Translations under genes and position numbers: made by a program
From: the human T2T-CHM13v2.0 reference genome, Homo sapiens
Strand: one strand, 5' to 3'
NCBI RefSeq assembly: GCF_009914755.1
Contig: NC_060926.1
DNA: 64,000 nt
The notes under the pieces: generated by a model
Seen by the model: only the letters and a program-made list of their open reading frames with translations
The model's database searches: none
What the model was told of the DNA's origin: nothing
Shown here: positions 16,187 through 36,020 of the stretch, one piece after another
Layout of the letters: each line of letters starts with the position of its first letter
How positions within the stretch are numbered: the stretch's first letter is position 1

Positions 16187-18430
16187 TAGCCAGGCTGGTC
16201 TCAAACTCCTGACCCCAGGTGATCCACCTGCCTTGGCCGCCCAAAGTGTTGGGATTATAGGTGTGAGCCACGGCACCCAGCCTACACCCCCATTTAATGA
16301 TGAGTCTTTGAGAGATGAGATGACTTGGTAAGGAGTGCAGTTGGAACTGAACCCAGGCCTTCTCTCAAGGAGGACCAAGGAGGCCAGGGTATTCCTGGCA
16401 TGGGCTGAGATGGGCTCAGAGGTCAGTGGCACCAGGAGGCCCCTGTGGCTGCTCCCCTGCTGGGTGTTCCTGCCCAAGTGAGGCCCCAAAGGGCCTGCAT
16501 ATCAAAGGACATTCCCTAGACTAATGCACTTCCTCTCTGTCTTTACTCCCCCAAATTCCATCATTCTGCTCCTTGTCACCTCGTGGGGATGGCAGACAGC
16601 AATATTCCTGGGAAAGAAACAGAGAAGTGTGTGTTTTCACTCTTCATGACTTGCCAACAGTCACACAACAAGCTAGAGGCAGAGCTGGAATGAAAAGCCA
16701 AGTCCCTGACTTCTAGCCCCATAGTTCTGGAAGCCTGCAGCCTTGGAGAAAGATGGATTCAAGTCCCCCAGACTGTGCCCATCAAGCCTGAGGGACTACC
16801 AAGTGACAGGGCAGCAGTAGGGGTGAGTAGGTGGTATGTAGATCTGCAGTCCCTGACGGTTCATTTCAGAAGAGTGGTGCCCAGGGATTCCTTTGCCCAC
16901 AGATGATCAGGCCCCCTGTGCCTGCAGCAACTCCAAGGTGGTATAAGGCTTTGGAGCAAGCATAGAGCAAGCCTGCTTTTCCAGCCCAAGTGACCCTTTG
17001 GGCAGGAAGGACCCAGACATTCAGATTCCTCATCCCACATTTCCCAACCCAGAGCCCAAATAGACCCAAACCACCCCAGCCTCTGGGAGATCTCCTGGAT
17101 ATATTTGGTTGGTCTGGACTCTCCAGTGCTCTGGGCCCCCTCCCCTTGGACTTGTTTCTAGGGAGTTGGGACTGGAGGCCTGCAGACACATAATGGCCAG
17201 AGGCCTGATGGGGCAGGGCTAGGGGCTGCTGGGCAGTGATGCCCAATGACAGGCTGGGCGTGGAGCCCAGCGAGCAGATGCTGGCGCAGGTGTGACATCA
17301 TGCCCCTGGGTAGGTGCCAGTTCTCATGCCGTCACTCCCGAACAGATCCAGCGGCCAGGGGGAAGGGAGCCTGCCTCTGAGCAGATCAATTTGGGACCAC
17401 TTCCTGCCCACTAGTGGAAAAGCCCCAACTTCCACACCCTCTTCCCGGGCATGGGCAGGGTAAATTCCCTACTTCTCCTATTTTGTTCCTCTACTTACTT
17501 TTGTGGCTTTTGAGTTTCATGCGCAGAAGGCAGAGGGGCAAGAAGTGGCTTCTTGGAGTGAGGAGCAGGAAGCGTGTCCTTCAGTCCAGGAGGCCTGGGT
17601 CGGCAGGTATAGCTACTGGCATGGGGCCAGCAGTGCTGCCTTCCTCCCCAGAAGTCTGCAAACATTAGTTAGCTGCCTAGGATAGGGGCTCAGTCTGGCA
17701 CAGAGCCCAGAGGGAGTGGAAGCCCAGCAGCGGGAGGGGAGTGGATCCTCTGGGATTATTCTGAATGCTCTCCCATTTCTGACCTGAACCCATCCTACTG
17801 CTAGAAAATGAGACAAAACGGGTAGTTTTGCAGCTTGTTACGTATCTAAGCTCAGATCAGCTGGGGTTGCACTCAGCATCTGGAGGCTCCAGTAGTCTCA
17901 AGTGCAAGGCAGTATGGTGGGCAGTGCCCTAGGTTATAACGCCAGCTCAGCCACTGACTATCTGAGACCTCAGTGCATGACACTCCCACTCCTGCCTCAG
18001 TTTCCTTCTCTGCAGTCTCCTGGGCTGGACAGGATTGTATGTAAGGCCTATTGAGCTCTCATACCCTGGCTTAATTCAGACTCCAGGGAAACCAGTATTT
18101 GTAAGAGCTCAGCTGCTCCCACAGCAGGACCGAGTAGACTAAGATGGATGAAGCTCGGCCCTGGGCCCACTGGAGAGTGGAAGGGCCCTCAAAGAAGGAA
18201 GGGATAAGGCTGACTCACACTCCATAGAACATACAGTAAACCTTTCCCCAGGCTACCTTGTTCTGGACTCTGGCTTGGCCAAAACTGGTATACTAGACAT
18301 TTCTTTTGAATCATTTCAAATGTTCTTGATTCACTATCTCTTACTCCAGCCATTACTGCAGTTCTACTGGATAGATTCTTGCTTCAGGCCTGTGCCACAC
18401 CTGGGCCTTTGCTATTGATGGCTGCAGTGA

Positions 18431-21057
<2,627 letters not shown>

Positions 21058-22850
21058 CTAAACTCAAGTTTTAAAAGAGGAAACTAAGGCTCAAAGAAGC
21101 TTACTGACTTGTCCTGATTAATGCACCTACTAGGTGCTATGGTTTTAAGATTCAAATCCTGGTCTTCTAAGTCTGAAATCTCTGTACTGTTTTCCAGTGT
21201 GATGAGCTATCCCATGGGACCTTAGGAACTACTGTGCTGGGGTCCAAAAATGGCTCAGTGAACTAAAGCCACTTCCACCTTTTATTTGTAGTTTGATCCA
21301 AATACAGTGAACAGCAGGAAAGGAAAAGTCTGGATGGTCTGAAAAAGTCTGGGAAAAGTGCTGGGAGGCTACATTTTGCTTCAGGGCTGAGCTGGGACGT
21401 CAGCATAGCCTCAGGAAGACTGAGGCTGTGGAGCTGAAGGGCTCCAGCACCAAGAGCCCAGAACTCCAGCCACATGTCGGCACCTAGGCCTCCTTGGAGC
21501 TCTAGCTCCTGCCCTTGTCAGCTGCAGATGCCTCAGGTAGGGAAATATAAGGACTCTTTCCCTCCCTATTCTTGATGACCACAAGGGGGAATCTTCCATC
21601 TGGCAGTTATGGGCCCTGAGGGAATCTGAGCCTGGGCAAAGGGCCCAGCGTGTCAGTTCCCATCATAGCCACACTGTCCAGCATGAGTCACCACACACGT
21701 AGCCAGGTGAGTCATACAGGCTGACGGACGCTGAGGACAGGACAAGAGGTGGTTGGGCACCGGAGACTGGAGAGGGGCCCAGGGAAGGGCCAAAGAATCC
21801 ATCTCCTGGCCATTCATGCAGTTAAGTTTCTGTGCCGATGTAGGGCTGTTCTGGTCACAGGATCCCTGTTCCACTCTGGCCTTCAGTAGCCCCCAATCCC
21901 TTCCAATAGTCCTCTTCTCAGAAGGCCAGTCATCACTAGAATCCTGTTCCCCTTCTCTAAACATGGGCAAGACCTCATCTTAATGTGATCACTCTTTGCA
22001 CCCCAATGTTCTAAGGCCTTCTGACATTCCCCCTCTAAGACTTACTTATCTTCATGCCATCCTCTTACATTAGCTAACTTGCAAAATGAAGATGGTAACA
22101 AATGCAGGTAGGTCACTGCATTACCTCTGTGAGGTTAGTACTCAATCACTGCATTTGGAGTGACTGGTATCTGATCACTCCAAATGGATCAGGATGGAGT
22201 GATCAGATACCAATATACTAACCTTGGAGATACATATTTAGGCAGTAAATGATAACAAAAGCAAATGAACGATATAAACAAAACTCAGGAAATTTTGGGT
22301 GAATTACGGAGAGGCACTCAAGAGGTCTCAAAGCTGATTACTGACACAGGAGTGTTCAGTTTTAATGCCATTTAAACTGTACATACACATCTTAATCATT
22401 CTTTTGTATGTTTCACAATAAAAAATACCAAGAAAAACTGGGGTAAGAGTCTTGATTCAGCACTTATTAGGTGTGATCTAATGTGGACTCAAGTAACCCT
22501 CCTAGCTCACACACCTTTGTGGGGGCCCTATGCCATAACGTATATGAAAGTGCTTTGCATACGGTAAAATGTTTTCCAAGTTGAGGCCTCCTGGGGCAAT
22601 GCCTTTATCCTTCAGGGCTGACTGTTCAGCTTTTTGAGGACTTTGAAATCCTAAAACCCTACTGCACAGCTTGGCCAACTACGCATACCCCTTAAAAACA
22701 GCCTTGGGGACCACCCTCCAAAACAGACTGGGGACAGTGTAGGATGAAAGACAGCCAACCCTTCAAGAGAGCCGAATAGAAACAGGAAGTGAGGGTGGTG
22801 CAGTGGGGCAAGCCTCTGGCTTCCAAATCAGTCTGCCCTGGTCCCACTCA

Positions 22851-22994
<144 letters not shown>

Positions 22995-23379
22995 CTAAGA
23001 AGCCGCCTGACATTCCCTTGTGCCCACTCCCTTCCCCTTCCCACTTCCAATGTGACTTAAAGGGGCAGAGGCCACATGAAGGATGCTTCCCAGACAGCTT
23101 CCTGTCGCAGGAGTCGCCTTAGACAATTGGGGAAGAGAGAAAGGCTGTGGGAAGCTATGGACTCCTGGTAGCAGCCACCAGCCACCCCAACCTCATTCCT
23201 GAAGCCAGACCACCTGGAAGCCTCCGTTCCCGACGGAGACACTCATGAGGACAGCTTTGCTCTGGCTTCTACCCAGAGCTTGGGTGCCTCAAAAGATAGC
23301 TTGGTCCGTCTCCAGATTCAGACTTGGTTGGAACCAGTTTGTAACCTTCCTGAGTCCAGCTCCAAACCGAAAATAGGGC

Positions 23380-23810
23380 CCGTCACTGCCCGGATATAGG
23401 ATGACCACACACCTTGTGGGCACTCATGGCTTGCGACGCTTTAAGCCAGAGACCGCAGATCACCCGCCACTCACCTGAGCGCCGAGCCTCCCTCCCACGT
23501 GACAGGCTGGCCTAGGAACTTCCGCCACAAGTCCCGCCCCTTCCTCCCAGCGTCCTTCGGATTACGCAGCCAGGACAGGAATGGGGGTGGACCGAGCCAT
23601 GAATACCCGTGGAGAGCGGCCTAACTCGGCCACCCACTCTGTGAGAGACCCCTTTTCCAGCTGGACTGTGCCGGACCCTGGTGTGGGGCCCGCCAGCCAT
23701 ATTTCTCACCTAAGTTCGACCCTCTGCCTCCTCCTGCCCCTTCTCTCCGCGCGAGACCCGGGCCTCTCTCAATCCGGTAGTCTCATTGTTCAGCCCACCC
23801 TCCCCGCATA
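23380..23810 (-). promoter_or_regulatory. MPV17 TATA-less CpG-rich promoter: E-box GTCACGTG (CACGTG 23496-23501), ETS CGGAAG (23519-23524), GC box (23533-23540)
   Basis: Motifs read directly; function inferred from position. Confidence 0.7.
23475..23520 (-). other. MPV17: MPV17 non-coding exon 1 (TSS approximate)
   Basis: CAG/gtgagt donor (actcac 23469-23474) inside a CpG-rich patch. Confidence 0.8.
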
Positions 23811-25525
23811 ACTGGCCATAACTACGATCCTTGTCTCAGCAATCGTAGTTAGGGAACTATAAGTTATAGTTAAGTGCGTGTTTTGTCTCTAGGTTCTTCA
23901 CTGGCCTCAACTGTGAGCTCATGAGTGGGTAAAACTGGGGTCGTTCATATTTGTCGTCCTCATAGCAACTATTTCAGTGCTTTGCCGCAAACAGCCACTT
24001 AAGAAATACTGCGTATGTATGATTCTTCCACAGAAAGCATTGGAATTAGAACCTCAGAAGACATTAGGTATTGGCTCCCAAACTAACGGGCTGTGCAGCC
24101 TTGGTCATGACTAGACTTGATGTTAAGGCTCTGCATCTGTAAAATGAGGGAGGTTACACTATTGACTTTCCAAACTCGGCTCCTCAGTTCTAGGGATTTT
24201 TCAGATGTTTGTGTGTGGGGATGAGAGGGGCAGCATTACTACAGCTGCTTCTCCAACTTTTTTTTCCAAGTATATACTTCTCAAAAGACCCATTTTTAAC
24301 GGGGCCCACAACTGCATGTTTGAAAACCAGTAAGCTAGGTGATTTCTTAATCCCCTTCCAGCTCTAACATTCTAAGAGTCTGTGAATATAGAGCAATATC
24401 CTTTCTAGAGCGTTGGAAATGTCTACAATATCCCTGGCAATGGACTTGTCAGGCTGGCAGGCTTTACTTATCTCCAGGGAGCCCACACGTCAGGAGGCAC
24501 ACTCTTTCAGGCTCTCCACCTGCCCAGCTCCACCCCCAATTTACTCAATTCCTTTATGATTAAGGCAGGGAGACTCCTGCCACAAATCCTGGAGAAACAG
24601 AGTAAGGAAGCAAGAGAAGTCAATGTCACAAACATTTAACTAAAATGCTATTTGCAAAACAGCATGCTAGAGGAGTGAACTGACAAAAGTAAATGTAATA
24701 GGAGACCAAATGTGGTAGGCTGTAAAGTTATATTCTGAAGTTAGACTGAGTTCAAATCCCCAGCACCACCACTTACTAGTTATATGACCTTGACCTTTTA
24801 CAGACAGCTTACCCTCTCCAACTCTTTTATCATTAAGTAAAATGGCAATACCTACCTCATACAAGTGACACATGCGAAGTGCCTAAAATGGATCAAGTGC
24901 TTAATGCTTGTTTATCCTTTTTCCTCCCTTCCCCCTTGGGAACACAAGGGAGGGAAACTATTTTTTACTGGAGAAAACTGGGAAGCTCTTTGGTGAAGGT
25001 GGAATTTGAGCCGGGACCTTGAAGGATGAATTGAACTCAGGTGAAGATGGTGGAAAAAGACACTCTGGCGAAGGGAGGAATATGAGAAGAGGAATAAAGG
25101 TAGAGAAGTGTATGAACAATGGATAGTATGAAGTGGGTATATTGGGAGGGAGGGTTAGAAAGAGAAAAGGCTTGTTAGAGAAAAAGAACAAGGTCAAGAC
25201 TAGGGCTGAGACTCAGTTGCAGAAGCAGGGCTGCCAGCACCAATCTACAGCCTCAAGTGTGGATCCCCAGGTCTCATCTTTTCTACCACTGAAAATAGGA
25301 AGGGGGCTGCCCTGTAGAATTGAGTAAAGCTTCTCTTCGACAGAAGGCACTTGCGTAACAGCTCAAAAAACAAAACTGGCTCAATGTGAGCTGGATCCCA
25401 ATAGGGTAGTGCAACACTTGGCTTCTTTGCACTGACATGGGTTGTGGTCTCTGCTGTTGATAGACTTGGGTTTCCTCCAGGTCTATTTTCTCATCTGTAC
25501 AGGATAGGGGCTGAACTCTTTTTGA

Positions 25526-25836
<311 letters not shown>

Positions 25837-26199
25837 TAAAGGAGATTTTCTGACAGATGATAAAGTCCCTACACTACATATTCAGCCAGTCTAGAATGCC
25901 AGAGGGTTTTGTTCCAGGTAGGCACTGATCTCATCTCCACTCTCTCCAAAAAGCAGCTGCCTGTTTTTTTCTATTTCCTGAGGTCATCCAACTATTTCCC
26001 TCCAAACCCCAGCCTATACTCCTAGGCATTTCAAGACCATGGTTTGCCTATTTCTCATCACTGGGGTGTGTCCTTGCTTAGGAGGCAGTATCATAGTCAC
26101 TGTGAGTCTGCAGCATCCCACAAGAGGACTCTAACAAGATGAGATATAACAATACATTACAGTACTTGGGTTCTAAACACCTCCTATACATAGAACTGA

Positions 26200-26500
26200 A
26201 GTAGGTAAACATTCTAATGAGTCAACAATGTGACAGTATCATGAAGGATCAAAAATCATGACGTGTAAAAGAATGGTTGAAGTAACTGAAGATATTTAAT
26301 CTAGAGAAGATTTGGGAAACACATGATAGCTATGGTTAAATACTTAACAGGGCAATCACAGGGAAGATGACTAGATTTCCTAACATCCATGAGTGAAATT
26401 TATAGAAGTATACTCTCTGACTTGATATAAAGGAAGATTTTAAAAAACATGACTGTTCAGGAGTGTTCAAGTAGGGTCAGATGACCAGTGATTGGGAATA
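26200..26500 (+). mobile_element. Ancient CR1/L3 LINE fragment overlapping the GTF3C2 3' end
   Basis: gaatggttgaagtaactgaagatatttaatctagagaagatttgggaaacacatgatagctatggttaaatactt resembles the L3 3' ORF2 consensus as I recall it; boundaries approximate. Confidence 0.6.
26295..26300 (-). terminator. Probable GTF3C2 poly(A) signal ATTAAA
   Basis: tttaat on +, about 800 nt after the stop; I saw no AATAAA closer; U-rich sequence downstream on the - strand. Confidence 0.6.
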
Positions 26501-27097
26501 CTTCGTAAGCAGGAGCAAGTAAGATCTGAGCCACTGTTCTATCGGTAGGGTGTCTGTGGTATTCCTTGGTCAAAGAAGTACTCTAAGCAACTTCAGTCTC
26601 ACGAATTACTATCACCCTCGTGGGCATACATGATGGTTACCCTAAAGAGGAAGTTTCAGAAGGCAGTAATATTGGATCCTGGAATAGTCAGACAGGAGCC
26701 TTCATGCAGATACCCTTTTCAGTTCTCCATACACCCATTCACAAGTGGTCACAAAAACACCCAGTACCTTTACTTGGCTTTACCCACTTAACAATATGCT
26801 CAATATGAGCAGTTTGACTCCCAAGCCTAGGTCAGGCCTGAGTGTTTCTCATGAGCCATAGTCTTAGGCTGAGGAGCCTTGAGAGTTGGTGGAGGGAGAG
26901 CCCCCCTGCCCGCAGGGGGCTGTGATCACAGAAGTCTGTAGAAAGAGTGGGATCTAAGGAGTCCTGGGGAGGCAGGCCTAAAGGTCCAGGCCTGGCATGA
27001 TCACTGTCCAGGGAAGGCCCCCAGTTCCTATGGCTCTGTGCATAGGGGCCATTTGTTCTTGACCGACTTCACTCCAAGGATCTGGTGTGGGCCAAGG

Positions 27098-27316
27098 CTA
27101 GGGAGTGGGCAGAAGGCGATGGCTGGTTGGAGAGAAGCCAGGCCGTCTAGTGGGGGAGGATGGTTGGAACATAGCATTGAAGTGGGCTCGGCTTTCAAGC
27201 TGCATACGGTGGCCCAGTGGGGAGGCGAGTCCACGGACAAAATGGATTCGAACCAGCCCTGACTGCCCCCCAGATACCAGCCATCCATAGGAGTCCAGGT
27301 TTGGGCTGAAACGTAC
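27098..27316 (-). CDS. GTF3C2: GTF3C2 exon 19 coding part ([26 protein letters not shown]...HRLLPTP*)
   Basis: acag acceptor, TAG at 27098-27100; cumulative CDS 2736 nt = 911 aa, TFIIIC110 subunit. Confidence 0.96.
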   Translation of the reverse strand, partial: VRFSPNLDSYGWLVSGGQSGLVRIHFVRGLASPLGHRMQLESRAHFNAMFQPSSPTRRPGFSPTSHRLLPTP

Positions 27317-27598
27317 CTGTGAAGAGAACAGAAAACAAGAGAGAGATGCTCATGGGTGGTGCTTTAGGGTGACTCCTAGCTGTATGAACAAAAAAAAAAA
27401 TGAGCCACAATCTGAAAGGACAGGACCATGAGGGGTGACAGAGGTAAGAATGAAAAGCCAGTGAATGAGGTACGTCTGTCATGCTCTGGAGGAGGAGGAG
27501 GTTGTCATCTGTGTAACCTTTTCATCTACCATTTCATCAGCCCCAGGCCCAGAACTGGGGGGAAATGAGAGTGGAGGGTGGAGAGGATGAGAGACTAC

Positions 27599-27706
27599 CT
27601 TATGAATAGCCTCCAGCTGCAGCCTGTCCAGGCAGAGTTGAGAATGCCCCTCTCCCTCCTGCATGCGCAGCATTGGTTCTCTACGGAGCAGATCATGGAA
27701 TGAACC
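27599..27706 (-). CDS. GTF3C2: GTF3C2 exon 18 ([36 protein letters not shown])
   Basis: 108 nt, ccag/gtagtc, phase 0/0. Confidence 0.95.
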
Positions 27707-27932
27707 CTGGGGAAGGGAAATGGAATAGGAGAGAGAAAGTGAGACGCTCGTTTGTTTTTTTTAAGACGGAGTCTCGCTCTGTCACCCAGGCTGGAGTGCA
27801 GTGGCGCGATCTTGGCAGCTCACTACAACCTGTGCTTCCCAGGTTCAAGTGATTCTCCGCCTCAGCCTCCTGAGTAGCTGGGATTACAGGCGCCCGCCGT
27901 CACGCCCGGCAGATTTTTTGTATTTTTAGTAG

Positions 27933-28173
<241 letters not shown>

Positions 28174-28458
28174 TGAATAGCTGGGACTACAGGCACGCGC
28201 CACCACGCCCAGCTAATTTTTGTATTTTTAGTAGAGACGGAGTTTCGCCATGTTGGCCAGGATGGTCTTGATCTCTTGACCTTGTGATCTGCCCGCCTAA
28301 TCCCCCCAAACTGCTGGGATTACAGGCATGAGCCACTGCACCTGGCCGAGGCTCCTTAGTTTTACATCTTTGTGCTGAACTCAGGCTTGCGTACTATACA
28401 AAGACTAAAGTTTTCTACCTTTTCTAATACCACACCCATTCTCCTGGCCTCAGCTTAC

Positions 28459-28611
28459 CAAATCTGTGTCTTGAAAGAGCAAGTAGTGATGGTTGACAGT
28501 TTCAGTGTAAGTTCGAGCCTTGGGAGGGTTGGGGACCCCAGATGAAGCAGAAGAATGGTCTGGACCTTCAGGACTGTCCTGATACGGTATCAGATCTGCT
28601 TTATATATAGG
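28459..28611 (-). CDS. GTF3C2: GTF3C2 exon 17 ([16 protein letters not shown]...[11 protein letters not shown])
   Basis: 153 nt, ttccag/gtaagc. Confidence 0.95.
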
Positions 28612-28889
28612 CTGGAAAGGAGACCATGAAATTAGGTTCTATAATACTCAAGACAGAATAAAAGCAGAGGAAAGTGGTTTGGGCAGGAAAGGCTTAAAGA
28701 TGGAAAAAAGTAGTATCTTTAAATATATGCTCAGATGCAGTACGGTAGGGAAGATTATATACAACTCTGTGCTAAGATTTTCTGGGATATCAGGGCCGGG
28801 AGACCTGACACTAGTTTGTACTCTACCAGAATTTGGGAGGGCATGTGGGTTAGGATCCAACAGCTGCTGTTAGATGTTCGTATACGTAC

Positions 28890-29018
28890 AAATCTTCGCT
28901 CTACAGGTCGCTTGACATTTATTGGATTCAGTGCCATATCTGGTAATATAGCAGCAATGAGCTCCCCGGATATATCTCCTGCAGCTATTGTCCCAAGCCA
29001 GTCGGATCCTGAAAGACT
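28890..29018 (-). CDS. GTF3C2: GTF3C2 exon 16 ([20 protein letters not shown]...PVERRF)
   Basis: 129 nt, attag/gtacgt. Confidence 0.94.
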
Positions 29019-29265
29019 CTAATAGAAAGAGACAGATTTCATTCATTCATATATTCATTCAGAGCTATGAACTGGTAACAGCTGCACAGTCTGAGAGACA
29101 GACACACAAACAAAAATGAGTTTACCATAACCGACAGCCCTGATGATAGAGTTACAACATCCCTATCTTCTCCTTCTACCCAAAACTACTGCCTCTGACT
29201 ACTAATAGTGCATAAATGAGCCATTTTCCTTTGTAATGAAGACTGCAAAAGAAAGGGGGGCTCAC

Positions 29266-29353
29266 CCAAACGGTGCCTTTTCGAGGAGCAGTGAAGTAGG
29301 CCTTGAAACCAAGGTAACCAGCGTCAATATAATGAATCCCACAGAGTCCATAA
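29266..29353 (-). CDS. GTF3C2: GTF3C2 exon 15 ([29 protein letters not shown])
   Basis: 88 nt, aacag/gtgagc. Confidence 0.95.
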
Positions 29354-29542
29354 CTGTTAAAAGAGAAATAAATTTAAACCTTCCTTTTCTTTAGATTCAT
29401 TTCTTCTTCTTAACCTCTTCCAGAATTTAAACCACCTCAGTGAACCAACTCTCTACCCTCCTCTCCCCACAACAATCTGGCATGCTTTGCATTCCAACCC
29501 TTAGGGCCTGTCCCTAGAGGTCCTATCTCCATCTTGCCGTAC

Positions 29543-29704
29543 GAGGCATAGCAGTTGTCCTGAGCCACAGTGACACCATTGTAGGGAAGCAGCCAGGCCA
29601 GTTCTGTACTCAAGAAGCGCTTGATAGAGTTTATGGGTTCGTAAGGACGTCGAAGGTCCCAGAATTTGATTTTCCGGTCACTCCCCGCAGAGACAAGGAA
29701 ATGG
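29543..29704 (-). CDS. GTF3C2: GTF3C2 exon 14, WD40 repeat ([23 protein letters not shown]...)
   Basis: 162 nt, tacag/gtacgg; canonical WD40 signature. Confidence 0.95.
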
Positions 29705-29800
29705 CTGTAAAAAGACGGGAGAAGGTCAAATCCAAACAAATCCGGAAGTCAGCCTGTCCCAGTCTTCACCTTCCCCCTCCACATACCTCCTATTCCATAC

Positions 29801-29945
29801 CTGTTAGCTTTGCACCATTGAAGGGTACGCACAGCCTGGTCATGGGCTAGGAAACACTGGAAGGGGTAGAGCTTTAAGGAGCCATCAGAGAGCCGTATCC
29901 GCTGCAGGGGTGAGTTAGTGGGAAGGTTCCAGAAAACCACCATGC
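29801..29945 (-). CDS. GTF3C2: GTF3C2 exon 13 ([14 protein letters not shown]...[15 protein letters not shown])
   Basis: 145 nt, ttcag/gtatgg. Confidence 0.95.
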
Positions 29946-30279
29946 CTGAAATAAGGACAGAATGTGTGAGCATTAAAAGCAAGTTCTCTCTTCCTTGCTC
30001 TAATTTCTTTCTCTGGGCTCCTAGGACCTTTGTCTTCTACCCTCAGATCCAAACCACTATGAAAGGATGTGGGGATCCTGATTAGCTATCCAACACTCCC
30101 TCCAGGGCTTAAAGACTCAACCTGGTATTTTAACCCTAATTCTCATCAACAAAAAAGTAATAGCTTTGTCTGGAATCTACAGTTGAAAAATGATAGGGTG
30201 AACACACCTAGTGCAGAGAGTAGAATGCACCTCTCTCTACTCCCTATAAATAAACGTCAAGGGACTTTTAAAAAGCATA

Positions 30280-33880
<3,601 letters not shown>

Positions 33881-34077
33881 CATCTATGTACTCTTAATTT
33901 TTTTCTGAGTAGAAATAGTCTAGTGACTTATTTCTTTCTATTTTTTTTTTTTTACATTGCTTGAATATTTCTAACTATATGTCCAGTATTGAACCACCAA
34001 AGAAAGAACCAAAAAACAAGCATATATAAAAAATTTAAAGAGCAATAGTTCCTTATGTTTTATTTTGGTTTTTTTAC

Positions 34078-34207
34078 CATTATAATATCCAGCAGCTAGG
34101 TGTTGGTGGGGCCTGGTAGGCATCCAGGCCAGGCTAAGGCACTGACCACACTCAGAGGGGTCTGTAGCTTGCATAGACCCCACCTGCAGAGTTGCCACAC
34201 ATTGTAC
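34078..34207 (-). CDS. GTF3C2: GTF3C2 exon 12 ([13 protein letters not shown]...HLAAGYYN)
   Basis: 130 nt, ctgcag/gtaaaa. Confidence 0.95.
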
Positions 34208-34396
34208 CTGCAGGGAAAGAAGAGATGGGACTAGGGTTAGGGACACCTACACTGTTTGGAACGAAAGCTCAAATCAATGCTTAATCCAGCAGGATGAGGG
34301 TATTTTTCAGAAGTATAAGGAGACTCACTGTGGAATCAGCAAGGTGAGGCTCTAAGAAGATGGAGCCTCAGCTAAGGTAGCAGGTTCCTCACTCAC

Positions 34397-34422
34397 CTTA
34401 TATATGGCAGGCTTCACTGCAT
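34397..34422 (-). CDS. GTF3C2: GTF3C2 exon 11, 26-nt micro-exon (D-AVKPAIYK)
   Basis: cacag/gtgagt; needed to bridge phase 1 to phase 0 between exons 10 and 12. Confidence 0.93.
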
Positions 34423-34448
34423 CTGTGAGGAAAAAGAGCAGGAACTAA

Positions 34449-34640
<192 letters not shown>

Positions 34641-35015
34641 TAGACCTCCTCTGTGGACACAGGCCTTCTCTTAAATCAGCAACCAATCCTTTGAATAATG
34701 ACATTCCCTTATCCTTTATTGAGAAAGTCCTTATCTTTTCATCACCAAATTTATGAACCTACCTCTATCTGTTCCCATCTTCTTTCCTTCTGTTACACCT
34801 GATAGTATCCTTCCTCCTATCAGAAGAGCAATCCCTTCACTCTACTCTCTTCTCATCCTCTAGCACCTTTTCCAGAACACTGCTCATTCTGTTATCCTCC
34901 TTCCTCCTGTGTCATCCACTTGTTCCCTCCCTAGTCTAGGTCACTCCCATATTGCTATGTGAACATGCCCTAATGTCTCCTATCCAAATAAAGGGACAAA
35001 ACCTTCCTTTATTGA

Positions 35016-35294
<279 letters not shown>

Positions 35295-36020
35295 TAGGCT
35301 CAAGCAATCCTCCCACCTAGGCCTCGCAAAGTACTGGAATTAAGGCATGGACCACCATGCCCAGCCCCACAGCCAAACTTCTTGAAAGAATGGTCTATAT
35401 TTACTATCTTTACTTTCTGACCTTCTATTACCTCCTCAACCCACTCCACCAGACCACCACATATGGGACTTCCCAGGGCTCCAGCCTGGGTGCCCTCTTC
35501 TTTAAATACTCAGTACTAATGAAAAATAAATTCAACATATAGGAGCTGCCTTTTCCTGACTCCTCCCTCCTTTTGCTCATCTTCAGCTCTCTATTCCATC
35601 CCTCTCTTCAGCAGAACAAGAGATTGTGTTTGTGTGGTGGTGAGGGCAGGAGAGGCTAAGAACAGGATTGGGGGAACAAGAGTATAGCAGGGGAGATGGG
35701 CCCTATCTATCAGCCCAAGCCCTCAGCAGCTCTTTACACAGCCAGTTACCTGTGGCAGCAAGAGGGGGAAAGTCTTGAGAGCACAGAAGAGGGAAGAAGG
35801 GGGAGATGAAAGGAAATGTGCTGAAAGAGTACAGCTGTAAGACTGCAAAAGAGAGAGGGCTCAAGAACAAACCTGAGTCACAATGCAGGGTGTGTGTGTG
35901 GCTGAGTAAGGCTTTGTGCTAAGAGAGACTGGCCCAGAGGAGTTTCCAGGGAGACAGACAGGCCCTGCTATGCTGTGACCACCACTACAGCAGCCCCATT
36001 CTCCTTGCTGTGCTACTCAC

